DNA of 64,000 nucleotides, from the NCBI RefSeq assembly GCF_055900595.2, contig NZ_CM148325.1. One strand, 5' to 3'. Both the position numbers and the translations under genes were made by a program. Shown piece by piece: positions 55,995 through 64,000 of the stretch (the stretch's first letter is position 1; the number at the start of each line of letters is the position of its first letter). The notes below the pieces were generated by a model. The model saw only the letters and a list, made by a program, of their open reading frames with translations, was not told the origin of the DNA and did not search any database.

Positions 55995-56816
55995 TTACCC
56001 CCTGAATGGAATTGATGAGGATTTAATTTCCACAGAACCAAATCCTCTTGAATCCAAAAACATTTTTATACCAGCCTCAATAAAATCATAATCGCTTGTC
56101 GGGCCAATTGTAATGCTTTTAATTGGTAACTTTCTATTATCTTTATTATTAATAATGATATAAGGGATGATACCATTATTATTTATTCTAAATTTCACAT
56201 CTGGCATTTGTATCCACGGAGTAAACACCAGTCTAAATTCATTTTCTTCGATAAAACTAGGATGTTTAAAAAATGGGATATATTTAGATATAAATTGATA
56301 CGTAGAGACCATTGTTACAAAATGATCATTCATTTCTTTAATGTTAATACCATTACAAGAAAAAAACTCATCCAACTCCTTACTCATCTTTGTAATATCG
56401 TCATTATTTGAATATATAACATCATGTGCAACACAATTTAAATAAATATTTTGACAAAAACTCACAAGTTCATCCGCATCAAATTCAATGCAAACGCCCT
56501 GTTTATTTCCGTAACCTCTCCACTGACTTAACTTATCGTTTTCTTTACAAAAAGATATGCTATAAACATGTTTATCAATCCCTTTTTCTTTTTGTAACTT
56601 CCCTTTCTCATACATGTCAAGAGACTTGAGCAAAATAGTTTTCTTATCTTTTGGGATGATATTATCATCAACTATTTTAATTGTATTTCGAAAACATTCA
56701 CATCCATGGTTAGACTCCTCTTTATCATTTAAGAAATATATATTTGTAGCCCATAAAGAATTAGAGTCTAATATACCTTTCAAACCAAAAAGATCTGTAT
56801 AATGAAATATAGCCAC
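55995..56816 (-). CDS. DUF2971-like protein of unknown function on an AT-rich cargo segment
   Basis: GTG at 56816 preceded by AGGTGG gives (M)AIFHYTDLFGLKGILDSNSLWATNIYFLNDKEE...; the N-terminal aromatic-HYT ... LW ... NDxxE pattern is assigned to DUF2971 from memory; markedly AT-rich by eye compared with the neighbouring int/alpA. Confidence 0.6.
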   Translation of the reverse strand: MAIFHYTDLFGLKGILDSNSLWATNIYFLNDKEESNHGCECFRNTIKIVDDNIIPKDKKTILLKSLDMYEKGKLQKEKGIDKHVYSISFCKENDKLSQWRGYGNKQGVCIEFDADELVSFCQNIYLNCVAHDVIYSNNDDITKMSKELDEFFSCNGINIKEMNDHFVTMVSTYQFISKYIPFFKHPSFIEENEFRLVFTPWIQMPDVKFRINNNGIIPYIIINNKDNRKLPIKSITIGPTSDYDFIEAGIKMFLDSRGFGSVEIKSSSIPFRG

Positions 56817-56833
56817 AATGCCCCACCTAATAG

Positions 56834-57064
56834 TTAAGTCGTTTCCCACTCACCTCGAATCCATGCCTGCACTTCTGAAAGACGATATGCAACAGCAGTG
56901 GAACCAATCTTGATCCGCTTAGGAAATTTTCCTTCCTTCTCCAGCTTCCAGCGTGTGCTGTTCGCAAGAGTGGTTAGCTCCCGACATTCTTTCTCACGGA
57001 TCATACGATCGATGTTAGGAATGTACTCCAGACCCTTTTTATCAACAATTGCCATTTTTTTCAT
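56834..57064 (-). CDS. alpA: AlpA-family transcriptional regulator / excisionase-like protein
   Basis: 76-aa MKKMAIVDKKGLEYIPNIDRMIREKECRELTTLANSTRWKLEKEGKFPKRIKIGSTAVAYRLSEVQAWI..., immediately downstream of the integrase. Confidence 0.8.
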   Translation of the reverse strand: MKKMAIVDKKGLEYIPNIDRMIREKECRELTTLANSTRWKLEKEGKFPKRIKIGSTAVAYRLSEVQAWIRGEWETT

Positions 57065-57065
57065 G

Positions 57066-58301
57066 TTAACCAGCCTTTTGTTTGAGGATTGTCACTTTTG
57101 AATCAGCACCTGCGATGCTATTGAGATATGTAGTCCAGAGTTCCAGAGCATCCAGTTTTTTAGCCATAAACTTACTCCGGTTGTAAACACCCGCCACGCC
57201 AGGTAGCGCATGGCCTAACAGTTGTTCTACTACATAAAATTCAACACCGAGATCACTTAGATGAGTAGATAGCGTTCTTCTAAGGTCGTGTAGTGACCAT
57301 TGTTTTTCATGGCCCAAACGTTTACCGATTTTCCCCCCAATCTTGCTTACGCTTTCTCTAATTCGCAGACTTCCCAGCACATAACCAGTATGTTTTGTCT
57401 CTTCGTGAACATCCGTTACCCACTGTCGTAGAATTTCAGGTACTGGTCTGACGATTTCAACACCAGTTTTTGAGTGATCTTTTGGTACCGTCCAAACCCA
57501 ACTTTCGAGATCCCATTCGCTCCATTCAGATAATCGGGCTTCACTCATTCGACATCCAAATACTGTACAAAGCACAAACATTTTTCGCGTGTATTCAGAC
57601 ATTAGTTTTAAATCAGGCTCGACAAAAATTGCCTTCCAGAGCTGGCCGAGTTCGGCTTCATCCAGAACCCGATCCCGCTTACCTGCAATCTGCCCCACAT
57701 CACTCATGCGCAAATCCTTTAAAGCATCACACGTCGCGTACTGGCGTACCCGACAAAAACGAAGAGCTAATTTAGTGTCAGAAAAAACATACGCCGCCAT
57801 AACTGGTGCATTACGTTTAATTCGGTCAAAACAGTCCAGCCATTCATATAGGTGAGTGTCATTTACGGGCAAATGACCGATATAGGGAAAGATATGCTTT
57901 CGAAATCTGCCAAGCGTTACAGCATGAGTTTTACGACGCACCTTACAGTAATTTTCATACCAGTAATTTAGTGCATCCTCCACTGTGACCGGCTTTAAGC
58001 GTTCTTCAGCCTGAATCTTAATCTGGATACGCGGATCACGTTTGTCAGCCAACCAACCACGGCACTCGTCGCGCTTTTCCCTTGCCTGTTTGAGTGACAT
58101 ATCAGGATATTTACCCAACGTTAGCCAGACCGGAGCAGCCCGGCCACCTGCTAACCTGTAGAAGAAAACAAAGCTCACAGCCCCTTTAGTACTCACACGA
58201 ATAGAAAGCCCCTTTCCATCAGCAATGGTGATCTGCTTTTCTCTGGGTTTCCCCAGATATCCTTTAAGCGCTTTGTCGCTCAGTTTGTTCTCGCCAGCCA
58301 T
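57066..58301 (-). CDS. Tyrosine recombinase, P4-type integrase
   Basis: ATG at 58299-58301 gives MAGENKLSDKALKGYLGKPREKQITIADGKGLSIRV...; C-terminal catalytic region with ...HDLRRT... and ...LLGHAL...Y motifs; the 5' end sits about 160 bp from the point where the E gene breaks. Confidence 0.85.
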   Translation of the reverse strand: MAGENKLSDKALKGYLGKPREKQITIADGKGLSIRVSTKGAVSFVFFYRLAGGRAAPVWLTLGKYPDMSLKQAREKRDECRGWLADKRDPRIQIKIQAEERLKPVTVEDALNYWYENYCKVRRKTHAVTLGRFRKHIFPYIGHLPVNDTHLYEWLDCFDRIKRNAPVMAAYVFSDTKLALRFCRVRQYATCDALKDLRMSDVGQIAGKRDRVLDEAELGQLWKAIFVEPDLKLMSEYTRKMFVLCTVFGCRMSEARLSEWSEWDLESWVWTVPKDHSKTGVEIVRPVPEILRQWVTDVHEETKHTGYVLGSLRIRESVSKIGGKIGKRLGHEKQWSLHDLRRTLSTHLSDLGVEFYVVEQLLGHALPGVAGVYNRSKFMAKKLDALELWTTYLNSIAGADSKVTILKQKAG

Positions 58302-58433
58302 TTTTAGCCCCAAAAAGCAATACAAGCTGCAATACAGAGATGATTGCAACACACAGATAACGAGGAAAATTCAGTGAAAGCACCAGATAAACTTATTCTT
58401 TATTATCAAAAGATTAAGTGTAAAAACCAGCAA

Positions 58434-58709
58434 CTACACGAAAGCCTCAGAAAGCCATGCTAAGTGCTTGGGTTTGACATAACCCGGCGTAAATTCAGAG
58501 GTGGAGCCGCCACGGGATCGGATAACCTCACCGGAAACAATCGGCGAAACGTACAGCGCCATGTTTACCAGTCCCGGAATTTGTGAGAGATAGACTTTTT
58601 CCGTGGTGAAAGGATAGGTTTCACGGAAAAACAGGCGCAGAAACAGCGGATCGAACTTAAAGTGATGCTGGGTCGATGCCAGTAATTCTGCAGTTGTATA
58701 TACAGACAT
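58434..58709 (-). pseudogene. Lambda-like major capsid protein E, N-terminal 82 codons only
   Basis: MSVYTTAELLASTQHHFKFDPLFLRLFFRETYPFTTEKVYLSQIPGLVNMALYVSPIVSGEVIRSRGGSTSEFTPGYVKPKH then unrelated LAWLSEAFV and a stop; similarity to lambda E ends at 58463/58464. Confidence 0.8.
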
Positions 58710-58764
58710 AAATTATTTCCATAAAAAAAGCCGCACAGGCGGCCTTTGTTGATGAAGGGGAAGA

Positions 58765-59097
58765 TTAAACGATGCTGATTGCCGTTCCGGCAAACGCGGT
58801 CCGTTTTTTAGTCTCGTCGCTGGCAGCCTCCGGCCAGAGCACATCCTCATAACGGAACGAGCCGGACTTGTAGAACGTCAGTGTGGTGCTGGTCTGGTCA
58901 GCAGCAACCGCCAGAATGCCAACGGCTGCACCGTCGGTGGTGCCATCCCACACAACCAGCTTACGGGTAGTGCCATCCAGCATCAGCGGGGTCATTGCAG
59001 GCGTTTTCGCACTCAATCCGCCAGGCGCAATTGCTGTATGAGCCGGATCACTGTTACCCAGCGGCTGGTAATGGTTAAACTCTTCTTTTGTCGCCAT
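58765..59097 (-). CDS. Head decoration protein (lambda D-like)
   Basis: 110-aa [42 protein letters not shown]...FAGTAISIV, close to lambda gpD as recalled. Confidence 0.9.
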   Translation of the reverse strand: MATKEEFNHYQPLGNSDPAHTAIAPGGLSAKTPAMTPLMLDGTTRKLVVWDGTTDGAAVGILAVAADQTSTTLTFYKSGSFRYEDVLWPEAASDETKKRTAFAGTAISIV

Positions 59098-59106
59098 AAC
59101 TGCCTC

Positions 59107-60418
59107 TTATACCGGTAAAGCTTCAGGTGTATTAAGTAATTCTTTATTGGTATCAGATGCCAGGTTACCTGCAGCCAGCGGTGCCGGTGCACCCTGCATC
59201 AGACGATCCAGCGCAGTGTCACTGCGCGCCTGTGCACTCTGTGGTGCTGCAGCCAGAATGCGGCGGGCCGTTTCCACGGTCATTCCGGGGGTTTCGGCCA
59301 GAACGCGCGCCTGTTCTTCGCGTCCGTGAGCCTCCTCACAGTTGAGGATCCCCATAATGCGGCTGTTTTCTGCCGCAACCGCTGCGGTGATCTGCGCGTT
59401 CACGTCCGGCTGCGCCGCGCTGGCGTTTTCGCCCTCCGTCGCTGGCACCACGTCAGTAACGTCAGCCTGCGAAGCAGTGGCTGAAACAGTTGTTGATTGA
59501 GTCTCTTTGGTCATTCGCCCTCCTGAGAGACGGGATTTACGCGCATCCAGTGCATCACGCATGACGGTGATCGCATCGGTGCTGTTAACAAGTTCATCAG
59601 CCAGTCCGGCATCAATGGCCTCCTGACCGCTGTACACTGCAGCCTCGGTATCCAGCACAGCCTGCACAGACAGGCCGGTATATGCCGACACCTTCTGCGC
59701 AAACATCTGGCGGGTTGCGTCCATCCGGGACTGCAGTGTCTCCCGGACGTCATCCGGAAGATGGCTGTAGGGATTGCCATCCACCTTATGGCTGCCGCTG
59801 TAAATCAGCGTGATTTCCACACCCTGTTTCTCCAGGGCAGCACCGTAATTACTGTGAGCCATCATGACGCCGATGGAGCCTGTCCGGGCGGTCTGCGTGA
59901 CCAGACGCCGGGAGGCGGCACTGGCAAGCAGCTGACCTGCACTGCAGTTCATGTCGTTGGCCAGCGCCCATACCGGTTTTATGTCACGCACACGGGCGAT
60001 GATGTCAGCGCAGTCAAATGCCCCCGCCACCATTCCGCCTGGCGTGTCCATATCGAGCAGAATGCCGTCCACCATCGGGTCGCTGGCAGCCTGTTGCAGA
60101 CGGGCGATAATGCCGTTGTAACCGGTCATCCCCGAGTACGGCTGCAGCGCCCGCGTCCGGCTGACCAGCGTGCCGGACACCGGCAGCACGGCGATGCCGT
60201 TCATGACCTGATAACTGCGGGCCTGTCGTGGTCCGTCATCATCACCGGATAATGCCAGCGTCGCGAGTGCCTCCTGGGCAGTCAGGCTGTCGCCGGACAC
60301 CGCATCCGTCAGGCGGCTGATCCCAAGCTGGCCTGCAAGCGCACAAAAGAAAACCCGCGCATAGGCGGGTTCAAGCATCAGCGGCTCATTAAAGGCCATG
60401 CTGGCAATATGCGGGAGA

Positions 60419-60438
<20 letters not shown>
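59107..60438 (-). CDS. Head maturation protease / scaffold (lambda C-like, with nested Nu3-type scaffold frame)
   Basis: GTG at 60438 gives (M)TAELRNLPHIASMAFNEPLMLEPAYARVFF...; overlaps the portal gene end by about 20 nt as in lambda. Confidence 0.85.

Positions 60439-64000
<3,562 letters not shown>

Larger units (their letters stand above)
50802..58463. mobile_element. P4 / PICI-like phage-satellite module (int, alpA, cargo, primase, iteron ori, ssb, capsid-like gene) nested in the prophage
   Basis: P4-type integrase and AlpA at one end next to the broken E gene; P4-alpha-like primase followed by TGTTCACC iterons; distal end defined only by the IS1 junction, so the original extent is unknown. 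Confidence 0.55.

Overview
This window looks like an Escherichia coli chromosomal segment in two parts. Positions 1-44.6 kb are conserved core genes in the K-12 order (reverse orientation): cstA (partial), the complete enterobactin synthesis/transport cluster (entHABEC, fepB, entS, fepDGC, fepE, entF, ybdZ, fes, fepA, entD) with Fur-box-like promoters, a tandemly duplicated hok/sok (hokE-type) toxin locus, ybdK-ybdJ-ybdF-nfsB-ybdG, pheP, the cusCFBA/cusRS copper-silver efflux locus, nfrBA-ybcH and envY. At 44620-44664 a 45-nt copy of the 3' end of tRNA-Arg (argU) marks the attachment-site end of a defective lambdoid (DLP12-like) prophage that fills the rest of the window. The prophage carries ompT and appY, tail-fibre remnants, an IS1 with no target-site duplication, and lambda-like head genes A(partial)-W-B-C-D plus an E gene cut after codon 82. 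Between the broken E gene and IS1 lies a roughly 7.6-kb P4/PICI-like satellite module: integrase, alpA, P4-alpha-like primase, a TGTTCACC iteron origin, ssb and a truncated divergent capsid-E-like gene. Inside it is an AT-rich cargo island (DUF2971-like gene plus an RHH / SWIM zinc-finger pair), which is the best candidate for an uncharacterised, possibly anti-phage, system. All calls rest on reading the sequence and recalled protein families; no database search was run.
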